Below are positions 40,662 to 51,900 of a stretch of DNA of 64,000 nt, in pieces. Source of the DNA: an uncultured Holophagales bacterium (GTDB taxonomy: Bacteria; Acidobacteriota; Thermoanaerobaculia; Multivoradales; UBA5704); contig CAWJGT010000003.1 of NCBI GenBank assembly GCA_963842525.1, positions 1,376,001 through 1,440,000 of the forward strand. The letters are read 5' to 3'. Below the pieces are notes generated by a model. The model saw only the letters and a program-made list of their open reading frames with translations. It ran no database searches and had not been told where the DNA came from. The stretch's first letter is position 1, and every line of letters starts with the position of its first letter. Both the position numbers and the translations under genes were made by a program.

Positions 40662-41651
40662 ATGGCTGAGACGGACGACAAGAAGAACGACATCCTCGAG
40701 CTGGCGCCCGAGACGCGGCTGCCGGAAGAGGAGCCCGAGGAGGGAGGCTTCCTCAAGAAGCTGAAGCGCGGGCTCTTCATGACCCATACCGAGATCATCG
40801 AGAAGATGAGCTCCGCCATGCAGGGCAAGACGGCGCTCGATCCGGCTACGTTCGACTACCTGGAAGAGATCCTCATCGGCTCCGACCTGGGGGTCGAGAC
40901 CTCTCTCGACCTGGTGGAGCGGGTACGGAAGAACGCGCTCCGGGAGCAGGTGAGCAGCTCGCAGCGGCTGCGTAAGCTGCTGGCCGACGAGATCGCCGAC
41001 CTGCTGCGCGAGTCGCCGGTGCCCCGCCGCCTGGGCCGCGGCCCGGTCCTCACCCTGGTGGTGGGGGTCAACGGCGTGGGCAAGACCACCTCCATCGCCA
41101 AGATCGCCAAGCGTCATCAGCAGCAGGGGCAGCGCGTCATGTTCGCCGCCGCGGACACCTTCCGGGCCGCCGCCATCGAGCAGCTTGCGCTCTGGGGCGA
41201 CCGCCTGGGGATCGAGGTGGTGCGGCAGGGGCAGGGTGCCGATCCGGGCGCGGTCGTCTACGACGCGATCCACGCCGCGAAGGCGCGCAAGGTCGACCAG
41301 CTCCTGGTGGACACGGCGGGGCGCCTTCACACCAAGGACCACCTGATGGCCGAGCTCGGCAAGGTCCGCCGGGTGATCGACCGCGAGGCGGCCGACTGGC
41401 AGAAGCAGACGATCCTGGTCCTCGACGCGACCACCGGACAGAACGCGCTGGCCCAGGCTCGCACCTTCAGCCAGGTGGTGCCCATCGACGGCGTGCTGCT
41501 GGCCAAGCTCGACGGCACGGCCAAGGGCGGCATGGTGGTGGCCATCGCCAAGGAGCTGCGCCTGCCGGTGCTCTATCTCGGCGTCGGCGAGAAGCCCGAA
41601 GACCTGGTGGATTTCCGCCCCCGGGAGTTCGCCGCTGCTCTCCTCGGCTGA
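40662..41651 (+). CDS. ftsY: Signal recognition particle receptor FtsY
   Basis: GVNGVGKTT, DTFRAAAIEQL, DTAGR, DATTGQN, KLDGTAKGG. Confidence 0.96.
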   Translation: MAETDDKKNDILELAPETRLPEEEPEEGGFLKKLKRGLFMTHTEIIEKMSSAMQGKTALDPATFDYLEEILIGSDLGVETSLDLVERVRKNALREQVSSSQRLRKLLADEIADLLRESPVPRRLGRGPVLTLVVGVNGVGKTTSIAKIAKRHQQQGQRVMFAAADTFRAAAIEQLALWGDRLGIEVVRQGQGADPGAVVYDAIHAAKARKVDQLLVDTAGRLHTKDHLMAELGKVRRVIDREAADWQKQTILVLDATTGQNALAQARTFSQVVPIDGVLLAKLDGTAKGGMVVAIAKELRLPVLYLGVGEKPEDLVDFRPREFAAALLG

Positions 41652-42723
41652 CGCCCTCCGCCGCGCCCTCCGGCTGGCCGCCCGCGGACGCTACCGCGTT
41701 TCTCCAAATCCCATGGTGGGCGCCCTCGTGGTGAGCGACGGCGTTGTGGTCGGCAGCGGTTCGCACCGCCAGGTCGGCGGGCCGCACGCCGAGGTCGAAG
41801 CTCTCCGCGCCGCCGGACCTGCTGCCCGCGGCGCCTCCCTCTATGTCAACCTCGAGCCCTGCTGCCACCACGGCCGCACCCCTCCATGTGTGGATGCGGT
41901 GCTGGCGGCGGGGATCTCCCGGGTGGTCGCCTGCCACCGCGACCCGGACCCGCGGGTCGCAGGCCAGGGGTTCGATCGGCTCCGGCAGGCCGGTGTCGAG
42001 GTGGAGGTGGGAGAGCTCGCCGCCGAGGCCATCCGCCTGAACTTCCGATTCCTGGTCGCGGCCACTCTGCGGCGTCCGGCCGTGACGCTCAAATGGGCGA
42101 TGAGCCTGGACGGCCGCATCGCCACCGCCACGGGCGAGAGCCAGTGGATTTCCTCACCGGCCGGGAGGCGCTGGGCTCTCGCTCTGCGGGAGGAGCACGA
42201 CGCGATCCTGGTCGGCAGCGGGACGGTCCTAGCCGACGACCCACGCCTGGACCGGCGGCTGGGCCTTGCCGGGAAGCCCAACCTGCGCGTGGTGCTGGAC
42301 CGCCGGCTGCGCACTCCGCCCACGGCGCGGCTCTTCACGGTGGAAGGCCCGGTGCTGATCTACACCGAGTCGTCCGCGGCGCTGGAGGCGCAAGGGGTCC
42401 AGGTGGCACGGCTGCCGGAGGTCACCCCGCAGACGGCGCTTGCGGACCTCTACGAGCGCGGGGTGCGCAGCGTCCTCGTCGAGGGAGGGGCAGAGGTGCT
42501 CGCGAGCTTCGTTGCGAGCGGTTGTTATGATCGCGTCGCGGTCGACTGCGCCCCTCTGCTGATCGGCGGCCGGTCGGCCCCTGGACCGCTCGGCGGCGAG
42601 GGGTTCCGCGTCCTGTCGCAAGCAGCGCGGCTGGACGGGCTCGAGGTCCGCCGCCGAGGCGGCGACGCGATTCTCACGGGGTATCGACACGGTTGTTTAC
42701 CGGACATCATGGCAGCGTTATAA
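41635..42723 (+). CDS. ribD: Riboflavin biosynthesis deaminase/reductase (start probably CTG 41635; first ATG is 41713)
   Basis: SPNPMVGA, PHAE, NLEPCCHHGRTPPC, KWAMSLDG, SQWIS, VEGG. Confidence 0.93.
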   Translation: MLSSADALRRALRLAARGRYRVSPNPMVGALVVSDGVVVGSGSHRQVGGPHAEVEALRAAGPAARGASLYVNLEPCCHHGRTPPCVDAVLAAGISRVVACHRDPDPRVAGQGFDRLRQAGVEVEVGELAAEAIRLNFRFLVAATLRRPAVTLKWAMSLDGRIATATGESQWISSPAGRRWALALREEHDAILVGSGTVLADDPRLDRRLGLAGKPNLRVVLDRRLRTPPTARLFTVEGPVLIYTESSAALEAQGVQVARLPEVTPQTALADLYERGVRSVLVEGGAEVLASFVASGCYDRVAVDCAPLLIGGRSAPGPLGGEGFRVLSQAARLDGLEVRRRGGDAILTGYRHGCLPDIMAAL

Positions 42724-42743
42724 CTCCTTGAGGATAGACGACC

Positions 42744-44576
42744 GTGGCCAGAGTTGACTATGACGGGACCGAGATCGCCGTAGTCGGGATGGCTGGACGC
42801 TTCCCCGGCGCCCGCGACGTCGCCGAGCTGTGGCGCAACCTGCACGGCGGCGTAGACGCCGTGCGCCGGCTGAGCCCGACGGAGCTCGCGGCCCTGGGCG
42901 TACCGGCCTCTCTCATCGCCGATCCTGACTACGTGCCGGCGACCGCCCAGATGCCCGACGTCGAGAGCTTCGACGCTCCTTTCTTCGGCGTGAGCGACCA
43001 CGAGGCCGAGATCCTCGATCCTCAACAGCGTATCTTCCTCGAGCTCGCCTGGGAGGCGCTGGAGGACGCGGGGTACGATCCAGAGGTGGATCAGCGCGCC
43101 GTGGGCGTGTTCGCCGGCGCGAGCCTCAGCACCTACCTGCTCTTCAACCTGTCCGACCCGTCGCGGCGCGCCACGTTGGACCCCTGGGAGGCCCTGGCCG
43201 CCAACTCCGGCGACTCGCTCGCCAGCCGCATCTCCTACAAGCTCAACCTCAAGGGTCCGAGCTTCACGGTGCAGAGCGCCTGCTCGACTTCCCTGGTGGC
43301 CGTCCATCTCGCCTGCGCGAGCTTGCTCAACGAAGAGTGCGATGTGGCATTGGCCGGCGCGGTATCGATCAAGGTCAACCTTCTCGCCGGCTATCTCTCT
43401 CGCGGGAGCGCGGGATTGTCGCCCACGGGCCGCTGCCGCTCCTTCGACGCCGGTGCCGACGGCATGTTCTTCGGCCACGGCGGCGGGGTGGTCGTGCTGA
43501 AACGCCTGGCCGATGCGCTGGCCGACGGCGACACGGTGCGGGCGTTGATCCGCGGCTCGGCAGTGAACAACGACGGCAACGTCAAAGTCGGCTATGCCGC
43601 GCCCAGTGTCGAGGGTCAGGCCGCAGTGCTCACCGAAGCCTGGTCAGTCGCGGGCATCGACCCCGGGACGCTTTCCTACATGGAGGCGCACGGCACCGGG
43701 ACGCGCCTGGGCGACCAGATCGAGGTGCAGGCGCTGGAACGCGCCTTCCGCCCGCACACCGCGCGCAGCGGCTTCTGTGTCCTGGGGTCGGTGAAGACCA
43801 ACATTGGCCACCTCGACGCGGCCGCGGGTGTCGCCAGCTTGATCAAGACGGTGCTCTCTCTCGAGCATCGGCAGATCCCGCCGAGCCTGCACTTCGTCCA
43901 ACCCAGCCCGGAGATCGACTTCGCTGTCAGCCCGGTGCGGCCGGTCACCGAGCTCGCCGACTGGCCGGCAGAGGGGGACCGGATGCGCCGCGCCGGGGTG
44001 AGCTCCTTCGGCCTCGGTGGCACCAATGCTCATCTGGTCGTCGAGGAGGCACCGCTGGAGGCGCCGGCGCCGTCCCGTGCCTGGGACATCCTGCTCCTCT
44101 CGGCGCGCAGCGAAGAGGCACTGGAGCGTGCCACGGACGCGCTCGCCGCCCATCTCGCGAGCCACCCGACGCTCCCCCTCTCCGACGTCGCCTTCACACT
44201 GCAGACGGGTCGCCGCACCTTCGCCCATCGCCGAGCGCTCGTTTGCCGCCCGGAAGACGACGTGGCCGGCCTGCTGCTGCGGCGCGATCCCGAAAGGGTG
44301 CTCACGCGGCAGGTGGAGGCGACGGGGCGGCCGGCGTCCGTGGCAGGACCCATGGAAGGTATAACTGCGCTCGATCCCCACTCTCTCGCTCAGCTCTGGC
44401 TATCCGGAGGACGCCCGGACTGGCGGGCGTTCCACGCCGGCGAGCGCCGGCGCCGCGTGCCGCTGCCGACCTACCCGTTCGAGCGCCGGCGGTATTGGCT
44501 CGACGCCCCCGGCGTGCCGCGTCCACTGGGCGCTCTGGCCGACGCCACCCTGAAAGTCATGGAGAGCGCTCGATGA
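42744..44576 (+). CDS. Stand-alone type I-like ketosynthase (KS plus flanking linker; no AT, no ACP)
   Basis: IAVVGMAGRFPGA, DPQQR, VQSACSTSLVA (Cys), EAHGTGT (His), KTNIGHL (His), SSFGLGGTNAH, LPTYPFERRRYW. Confidence 0.92.
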   Translation: MARVDYDGTEIAVVGMAGRFPGARDVAELWRNLHGGVDAVRRLSPTELAALGVPASLIADPDYVPATAQMPDVESFDAPFFGVSDHEAEILDPQQRIFLELAWEALEDAGYDPEVDQRAVGVFAGASLSTYLLFNLSDPSRRATLDPWEALAANSGDSLASRISYKLNLKGPSFTVQSACSTSLVAVHLACASLLNEECDVALAGAVSIKVNLLAGYLSRGSAGLSPTGRCRSFDAGADGMFFGHGGGVVVLKRLADALADGDTVRALIRGSAVNNDGNVKVGYAAPSVEGQAAVLTEAWSVAGIDPGTLSYMEAHGTGTRLGDQIEVQALERAFRPHTARSGFCVLGSVKTNIGHLDAAAGVASLIKTVLSLEHRQIPPSLHFVQPSPEIDFAVSPVRPVTELADWPAEGDRMRRAGVSSFGLGGTNAHLVVEEAPLEAPAPSRAWDILLLSARSEEALERATDALAAHLASHPTLPLSDVAFTLQTGRRTFAHRRALVCRPEDDVAGLLLRRDPERVLTRQVEATGRPASVAGPMEGITALDPHSLAQLWLSGGRPDWRAFHAGERRRRVPLPTYPFERRRYWLDAPGVPRPLGALADATLKVMESAR

Positions 44577-44592
44577 CCGCGCGAGGCCGCCC

Positions 44593-47038
44593 TTAAGTCT
44601 TCGGCACCAGCTTCAGGACGTTGACCGGCTTTCCGGGCAGGAACCGCGTTGGCCGCCCATCCTGCCAATCGGCGTGACCATCTCGATAGTGGGGCGAGAG
44701 CGGATGAGCGCTCTGACCGACCGGCATGTGGAAGATCCCGGTCTCCTCGTGTCCCGGAGAGACCACCATCCGCTCCGAGGCGCTGAAGATTGGGCTGGCG
44801 ACCCGCGGCATGTCCAGGTCACCCGGGACCGGCTGCGGCGGCACGTCGAGCCAGTGGGCGAGCAGCGGTATCGAATAGCTCAGCGGGTGCCGGACCTCCT
44901 GCATGTTGCGTTCGCCCCAGGTCCGGTCGGCGAGGTTGGGCCCGAATTTGCGCAGGTCGTCGACCGCCCAGTCGGAGACGGCGAGGATCTGCTCGTCCCA
45001 GCTCCTGTAGCGGGGATCGAGCAGATGGGCCGGGCGTTCCGTCACCAGTCGCCAGAGCGGCGCGTCGAAGCGCCGCCGCGCCCGATACCACGGCAGGCTG
45101 GGCTCTTCCTTGAGGCCGGTCAGGCTGGCGAACACCCGCTTTTCGAGCTCATCCCGGAACTTGCGCACCACCCGGTAGGCCACCGAATCGATCGACGCCC
45201 GGCCGGTCCAGGTGGACACCAGGATTCGCCGCAGCTCGCCGCGCCGCGGATCGGCCTTGATCGCTTCCGGCGTGAGCGTCTTGAGCAGCAGACCGTGCCA
45301 GCGCGCCACGAAGAGCGCCCGATCGTCGAGTTGGAGGGCCAGCATGTCATTCGATGTGGCCCGCTCCAGGCTGAGCAGGCGGTCGCGGATCTGCATCGCG
45401 CGCGGCCCCAGGTCGTAGCAACCGTCCCCCAACCGCGCCAGCATCTCGCCGTCGACGGCCCGGTTGTTGGCCGACCAGATCCGGCCGGACGGAGGATCGA
45501 CCACCTTGGGGACTTCGTCCGAGCGCAGCAAGCCGTCCCAGCGATGAGAGCCATCGGCCCAGGAGCCGGGCACCTGACCGCTCCAACCGATGCGCCGCGG
45601 CAGCTTGCCGATGATCGTCCAGCCGATCCGTCCGGAGGCATCGGCGACGATGAAGTTCTGCGGCGGCAGGCCGCTGGCGTGCGCGATTTCGATCGCCTCA
45701 TCGACATTCTTCGCCGTCTCCAGGCCGAGGATCTCCAGGTTCGTCGCCTCCGGGAGGTCGGCGGTCCAGGCGATGGCGCGCCGCGGGCGTCCCTTCCCGT
45801 CCCGCCCGTCCCGGCTGACGACCGGACCCCAGATCGTCTTCACCACGTCGAACGTCTCTTCGGGCCCGTCTTTGACCAGAATGCGCTCGGTGTGGTGCTC
45901 GAAGCGCCGCGGGCCGTCAGGCGTCCGGTAGGCCTCGGGGTCGTGTGGATCGAGCTCGAGATCCACCAGGTCGATGACGTCGGCAAAGCTGTTGGTGAAG
46001 CCCCAGGCGATCCGCCCGGTGCTCCCGACGGCGAGCACCGGCATTCCCGGCAGCGTCACGCCGGTCACCCGCCGCTCGGCCCCGTCGGGCTCCCGCCAGG
46101 TCCAGGAGGCCCGGTACCAGACGTTGGGCACATCGATCCCGAGATGCATGTCATTGGCGAGCAGAGCATGGCCGTCGGCGGTGTGGGCCCCGGAGACCGC
46201 CCAGCCGTTGCTGCCCTTGCCGTCGAGCTGCCCGCTGCCCGTCCACCACCCGGACAGGGTTTCAGCCGCGCCCGGCCGGGACAGCGCGGCTGCCTTCGCG
46301 GCCCGCGGCTTCCGGAGGTCGAGGACGTCCGGACCGGGGATCGGAGGGGTCGGGAAGGCGTCGCCGACGAGCGGCGCATCCCATTCGGTGCCCACCGGCT
46401 CCACGAAGTCGAAGACCTGCGCCGGCACCCGGTCGTGGATCTGCCCGAGCTCCGCCTCGACGCGCCCCCGCGAGTCCTGGAGGTCGAAGTACATGGCATA
46501 GACGGCAAGGAGGCTGTCCTCAGCTCTCCAGGGCCGCGGCTCGGCGCGCAGCAGGATGTACTCGAAAGGCTTGTCGCCCAGCGACTTCAGGCCGGCGTTG
46601 ACCCCTGCCGCATAGGCCTCCAGGAGGGCACGGTGGAGCGGCGTCATACCGGCCAGGACACGGCCGGCCAGGCTGCGAAAACCGTGCAGGCGGCGTTCCT
46701 GGTCGAACTGCACCAGGTTCGGTCCCAACAGCTCGGCGTTCTCTCCGGCCGCCGCCCGCCGCAGCAGATCCATCTGGAAAAAGCGGTCCTGCGCGTGGAC
46801 GAAACCCAAGGCCCGCGCGGCGTCCAGCCGGGTGGCGGCCCTGATCGTCGGCACTCCCAGAGCGTCCCGTTCGATCGTCACCGGCGCCTGGAGCCCCGGG
46901 ATGGCGAGCGCCCCGGAGCTGGGGCAGGCTGGCCACCACCCGGTGCCGCAGCCAGAGGCCGCCGCCCAGCAGTATGAGGAGCAGCACCCCCACCAGCAGG
47001 AGGAGCCAACGGGCGATCCTGCGCTTCCCTCCGGTCAT
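44593..47038 (-). CDS. Penicillin acylase family Ntn-hydrolase with N-terminal membrane anchor (frameshift near 46905)
   Basis: GFVHAQDRFFQMDLLRR, G|SNGWAVSG nucleophile, LANDMHL, WGFTN, SANN, GQSAHPLSPHY. Confidence 0.9.
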
Positions 47039-47985
47039 TCGGCCGCATCCTGCCCGGCACCGTGCCCCAGGCGCTGGAGCTTGCGCCGGCGCCGCTCGCC
47101 GCGCTCCCGGACCGCGTCGTAATTCCTGGGTGGGCCGCTGTGGAGGAGCAGCCTGGTCAGGGCGCTCACCGTCGGTCCCTCATACAGACGGACGGTCGGA
47201 ATGTCCTGGTGCAACCATTCCTTGAGCACGGCGATGATCCGGACCCCGGCGATCGAAGTCCCCCCGAGCTCGAAGAAGTTGTCGTCGACGCCCACCCGGC
47301 CGAGGCCGAGCTCCTCCTGCCAGAGGCCCGCGATCGCCGCCTCCAGGCGATTGGTGGACGGCGCATACTCGGTGGCGAGCTCCGGGCGCTCGCGGACCGG
47401 TCCGGGCTCGCCCGCCGTCTCCGCCCCCTCCGACGCATCGCGCCGAGCCCGGGGGACCGCCGCCGGGGGCGGCTCGAGCGCGTCGACTGCCGAGCCGAGG
47501 ATCACCGCCAGAATGCGGTCGCCGTCCGCCAGAGCCTCGGGCAACCGCTTGAGCACCACGACTCCCATCCCCTCGCCGCGCACCGGCGTCTCGCCCGCAA
47601 GCGCCAGATCGCACTCCCAGGCATGCAGGCTCTGGCAGGCACGCTCGACGGCCGCGAACGCCGCCGGGCCGGGGACGGTGACCGCCGGCCCGCGCAGGCC
47701 GAGCTCGCCGGCCACATCGGCCGCCAGGCTGTCGCCCTCGTCGCCGCGGAGGCCGCGAAGGAAGACGCCGCTGCGGTCGGCATCCATGCGAGTGGCATAG
47801 GCCGCGTCCTCGAGCGCCTCCTTCGCACCGTCGAGGAAGAGCCGCGCCTGGCTGATCCAGGGCTCGCGGTGGGGATCGTCGGCGGTCGGTCCCACATCGC
47901 CACAGAGATAGCGCCAGAGAGACTCGATCGTCGGCTCACCGGGGAACCTCCCAGCCAAGCCGATAATGGCAGTGACATCAGCCAC
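47035..47985 (-). CDS. Truncated inactive KS-like domain fused to a carrier protein (ACP/PCP)
   Basis: AIIGLAGRFPG, EALEDA, GLRGPAVTVPGPAA (no catalytic Cys), GEGMGVVVLKRL..A.ADGD. C-terminal DNFFELGGTSI. Confidence 0.8.
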   Translation of the reverse strand: MADVTAIIGLAGRFPGEPTIESLWRYLCGDVGPTADDPHREPWISQARLFLDGAKEALEDAAYATRMDADRSGVFLRGLRGDEGDSLAADVAGELGLRGPAVTVPGPAAFAAVERACQSLHAWECDLALAGETPVRGEGMGVVVLKRLPEALADGDRILAVILGSAVDALEPPPAAVPRARRDASEGAETAGEPGPVRERPELATEYAPSTNRLEAAIAGLWQEELGLGRVGVDDNFFELGGTSIAGVRIIAVLKEWLHQDIPTVRLYEGPTVSALTRLLLHSGPPRNYDAVRERGERRRRKLQRLGHGAGQDAAE

Positions 47986-48874
47986 GTTGTTCCTTTCGCC
48001 CGACAGGGCTGTTCAGTGGCCCTTCTCGAGCTTCCCAGATCCGGTAGCTGAGACGGCCCTCCTGGAGGTCGTGGTAGGGCTTCGAGCCGGGAGTGGCCAG
48101 GAAGAACTCCATGACCTCCTGGCTGGCCGGTGCGTCGTGGACCTCGAGGTTTCGCGCAGCATAGGAATCGAGCGAGAGGAGGACGTTGGGGGTGATGTCC
48201 TGGTCGCGCTTGAGGGTCAGACCGAGCCCGCGGAGGCAGGACCTGTAGCTCTCCATGTGCTCGACCGGCATGAGGTCGGTGTACAGGAAGCGCCCGCCCG
48301 GGCCGAGCACCCGGGCGACCTCGCGATAAAAGGCGTAAATATCAGGATATAGACAGGAGGACTCCACATTCATGACCACATCGAAGAAGCCGTCGAGGAA
48401 CGGCAAGCGCTCGGACTCGCCATTGACGAAGTAGATATCCGGATTCTTGATCCGCCGCCGACAGAACAGGACGGCGCTCGGCGAGAGATCCAGCCCCCAG
48501 ATCTCCCCGGGAGTGAAAAAGCGATCGATCGTCAGGATCGTCCCGCCACGGCCGCAACCGATGTCGAGGATGTCGCAGTCGTTGAGATCGCAGTCGCCGA
48601 TCAGCTCGAGGACGAGGTCGATGCGGTTGCGGTTGGGCCAGTGCGGGGGCAGTTGGATCTGCGCCGAACGCGGGCGCCCATCGGGCAGGTAGCCGAAGTT
48701 GAAGAAGGTGGCGTCGTCGGCGTAGATGGACTCACTGAGTGAGTCGTTGATCTTGTCGTAGAAGGATTGGACTTCTTGTTTTTTCTGTCGCGCAACAGAG
48801 GCAGGCAGCACTGCATCCGGCGCGCGTCCGGAAAACAGATTCTCGAGGTCCCTCGGGTGGTCCCCTACGTCCAT
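47978..48874 (-). CDS. Class I SAM-dependent methyltransferase
   Basis: FFNFGY, ILDIGCGRGG, GLDLS, FDVVMNVESS, RVLGPGG. Confidence 0.9.
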   Translation of the reverse strand: MDVGDHPRDLENLFSGRAPDAVLPASVARQKKQEVQSFYDKINDSLSESIYADDATFFNFGYLPDGRPRSAQIQLPPHWPNRNRIDLVLELIGDCDLNDCDILDIGCGRGGTILTIDRFFTPGEIWGLDLSPSAVLFCRRRIKNPDIYFVNGESERLPFLDGFFDVVMNVESSCLYPDIYAFYREVARVLGPGGRFLYTDLMPVEHMESYRSCLRGLGLTLKRDQDITPNVLLSLDSYAARNLEVHDAPASQEVMEFFLATPGSKPYHDLQEGRLSYRIWEAREGPLNSPVGRKEQRG

Positions 48875-48932
48875 GGCTCTCCTTCGTCAAGCGCCCGATC
48901 TGGCCGGATGCTATGAGCGGGTCGGCGGCTTG

Positions 48933-51900
48933 TCAATCTGACTCGCGTCCGTCCTCGACGGCGGCGAGAGCGCTCTCCAGATGCTCCACCAGTTGATCGA
49001 GGGCCGGCCTCTGGAGCAGGGTCACGTGGTCAGCATCCCGGATGAGATGAGCTTCGGTCCTGGCAAGCTGCGCCCAGCCCGACGTGAGATCCGTGGCCCC
49101 CGGAGCCAGCGAGGCGTCGGCCCGGAAGATGGTCACCCGACCGCCGTAGGGGCGCGGCAGGTAGCTCTCCACGGTTTTCATGGTGCGGCGGTACAGCTCG
49201 AAGCGCTCCCGCAGCCACGGCTTTCCCAGGTCCGGAGCCAGCCCCCCCTCCCGCGCCAGCTCGAGCAGACGGTCGAGGCCGGCCTCCACGTCCAACCCTT
49301 GCAGCATTTCGCGAATCAACAGCCTCTGCTCCTCGGAAGGACGCCCGAGCCGTGCGAAAGCGATCAGGAGCCCGGTGTCATCGACGGCTTCGAGTCGCCC
49401 ATCCGGTGGTGACCCTGGGTCGAACATCGTCAACAGCGACGTGGTACCGCCCGTGCTCTCGATCTGCCGTGCCATCTCGTAGGCTGTGATGGCGCCAGAC
49501 GACCAGCCGGCCAACAGCCAGGGTCCCTCGGGCTGGACCTCGCGCACCGTCACCAGGTATTGCGCCGCCAGATCCTCCATCGATGGCGGATGACCGTTGC
49601 CGTCCCCGACCGCTTGCAGGCCGTAGACCGGACGCTTCGCCCCGAGCCTCTTCGCCAGCTCCACGTAGGAAAAGACGTCTCCTCCCACCGGATGCATCAG
49701 GAACAGCGGCCTCCCCGCTCCTCCCGGATGCAGACGCGCCAGCGGCGAACGCTGCACAGGCCCCTTCTTGATCACAGCCGCCAGGTGTTCCACCGTCGGC
49801 GCCTCGAACAGCGCCGAGATCGGCACCTTGACCCCGAAGACGCGCTCGATGCGCGCCATCACCTGAACCGCCAGCAGCGAGTGGCCGCCCAGGTCGAAGA
49901 AATGACTGTTCGCTCCGACCCGTTCCAGGCCGAGCACGTCGGCCCAGATGCCGGCGACGAACTTTTCGACCGGCGTCCGCGGCGCCACATAGCTCTCCTC
50001 GCCGCCCTGCTGCTCGGGAGCCGGCAGGGCCTTCCTGTCCACCTTGCCATTGGGCGTGAGCGGCAGCGCCGCGAGCGGCACGAACGCGGCCGGCACCATG
50101 GAGTCCGGCAGCCGCTCGCGTAAAGAGCGACGCAGCACGTCGGCCGCGACGTCGCTCACGACATAGGCCACCAGCCTCCGGTCGCCAGCCCCCCTTTCGA
50201 GGGCGTCCTCGCGCTCCTCCACGACCGCCGCGCGCACTCCGGGCAGCGCGACCAGAGCCATCTCGATTTCACCCAGCTCGATGCGGACGCCGCGGATCTT
50301 GACCTGGTGGTCGGTGCGGCCGAGGAAAAGGATCGTGCCATCCTGCCGCTGGCGGACGAGGTCGCCGGTGCGGTAGAGGCGGGCGCCGGGCACCGCGGCA
50401 AAGAGGTCTGGAACGAAACGCTCCGCCGTCAGGTCAGGGCGGCCGAGATAGCCCCGCGCCAGCCCGGCGCCGCCCGCACACAGCTCGCCCGGCACGCCGA
50501 GAGGCACGGCCTGGTGCAGGCGGTCCATGATCCGTAAACGCACGTTGTCGAGAGGCCGGCCGAGAGGCGTGATCGCCGAGACCTCGCCGGACCGGCACGG
50601 GTGGAACGACACGTCGATGGCACACTCCGTGGGGCCGTAGAGGTTGCACAGCTCGATACCGGGCAGGCGCTCTAAGGCCCGCTCGCAGAGCGACGCCGGC
50701 AAGGCCTCGCCGCCACAGAACAGGAGCCGCAGTGGAGCGCCGCGCAGATCCTCGTCCAGGAACAGGCCGAGGATGGAGGGCACGAGCTGCAGCACGGTCA
50801 CGCCCCGTTCCCGCACCTCGCGCGCCATCACCGCCGGCTCCCGGTGCGCATCCGGCGGCGCCAGCACCAACCGCGCCCCGGTACACAGCGGCAGGAAGAT
50901 TTCCCAGATCGCCGGGTCGAAGACGTGCGTCGTCTTCTGGAGCACGGCGTCAGCTTCGGTCAGTGGGAAGGCGCGCTGCATCCAGAGCAGGCGGTTGGCG
51001 ATGGCGCCGTGCGAGACCAGAACGCCCTTGGGACGGCCGGTCGAGCCCGAGGTGTAGATTACGTAGGCGAGGTGGTCCGGCGAGATCGAGACCTCCAGCG
51101 ATGCCGTGTCATCGCCCGCCAGGTCCGCGAGATCGAGGGTGCGGTCATCCTGGAGCAGCTCCGGAGGGGCACCCGGCCCGGCAATCACGACGGCCGGCCT
51201 GGCGTCGTCCAGCACGGCAGCCATCCTTGCGGCGGGGTACTCCGGGTCCAGGGGCACCCAGGCGGCGCTGGCCTTCCACACCGCGAGCAGGCTCACCACC
51301 ATCTCCGGCGAGCGTTCACAACAGACGGCAACGCGATCTTCGGGCCTCACGCCCCGGCGGATCAGGAGGCGAGCCAGCCGGCTCGCCTGCGCTTCAAGGT
51401 CTCCGGCGGTGAGAGCACGGCCTCCTTGTTCCAGGGCGGTCCGTTCCGGCGCACGCGCGGCCTGCGCCGCCACCAGAGTGGAGAGGACCGGCACGGCGCC
51501 GTGTTCCACCGCTGTGTCGTTCCACTCCACCTGGACCTGCTGCTGCTCCGCCGCGCCGAGCAACGGCAGCTCCCTCGCCCATCGGTCTGGTGCTTCTACG
51601 GCCGCGGCCAGCAGGCGCTCGAAGCTCCCGGCGAGGCGGTCGATGGTCGCGGCGTCGAACAGATCGGTGGCATAGTCGAGCCGGCCGGCCAGCTCGCCGT
51701 CGTCCTCGCCGAGGCTGAGCGTGAGATCGAACCTCGCCATCGCCTCGGTCCCACCCAGCGGCCGCAACCGCAGATCCCGGATCTCCAAGCTCTCGACGGG
51801 AGCGTTCTGCAGCGCGAACATCACCTGGAACAAGGGCGTGTGCGCGAGGCTCCTCTGGGGCGAAAGCTCCTCGACCAGTTTTTCGAACGGCACGTCCTGA

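Noticed and set aside
44674-46977. 767-aa plus-strand ORF
   Set aside because: Antisense shadow of the acylase gene.
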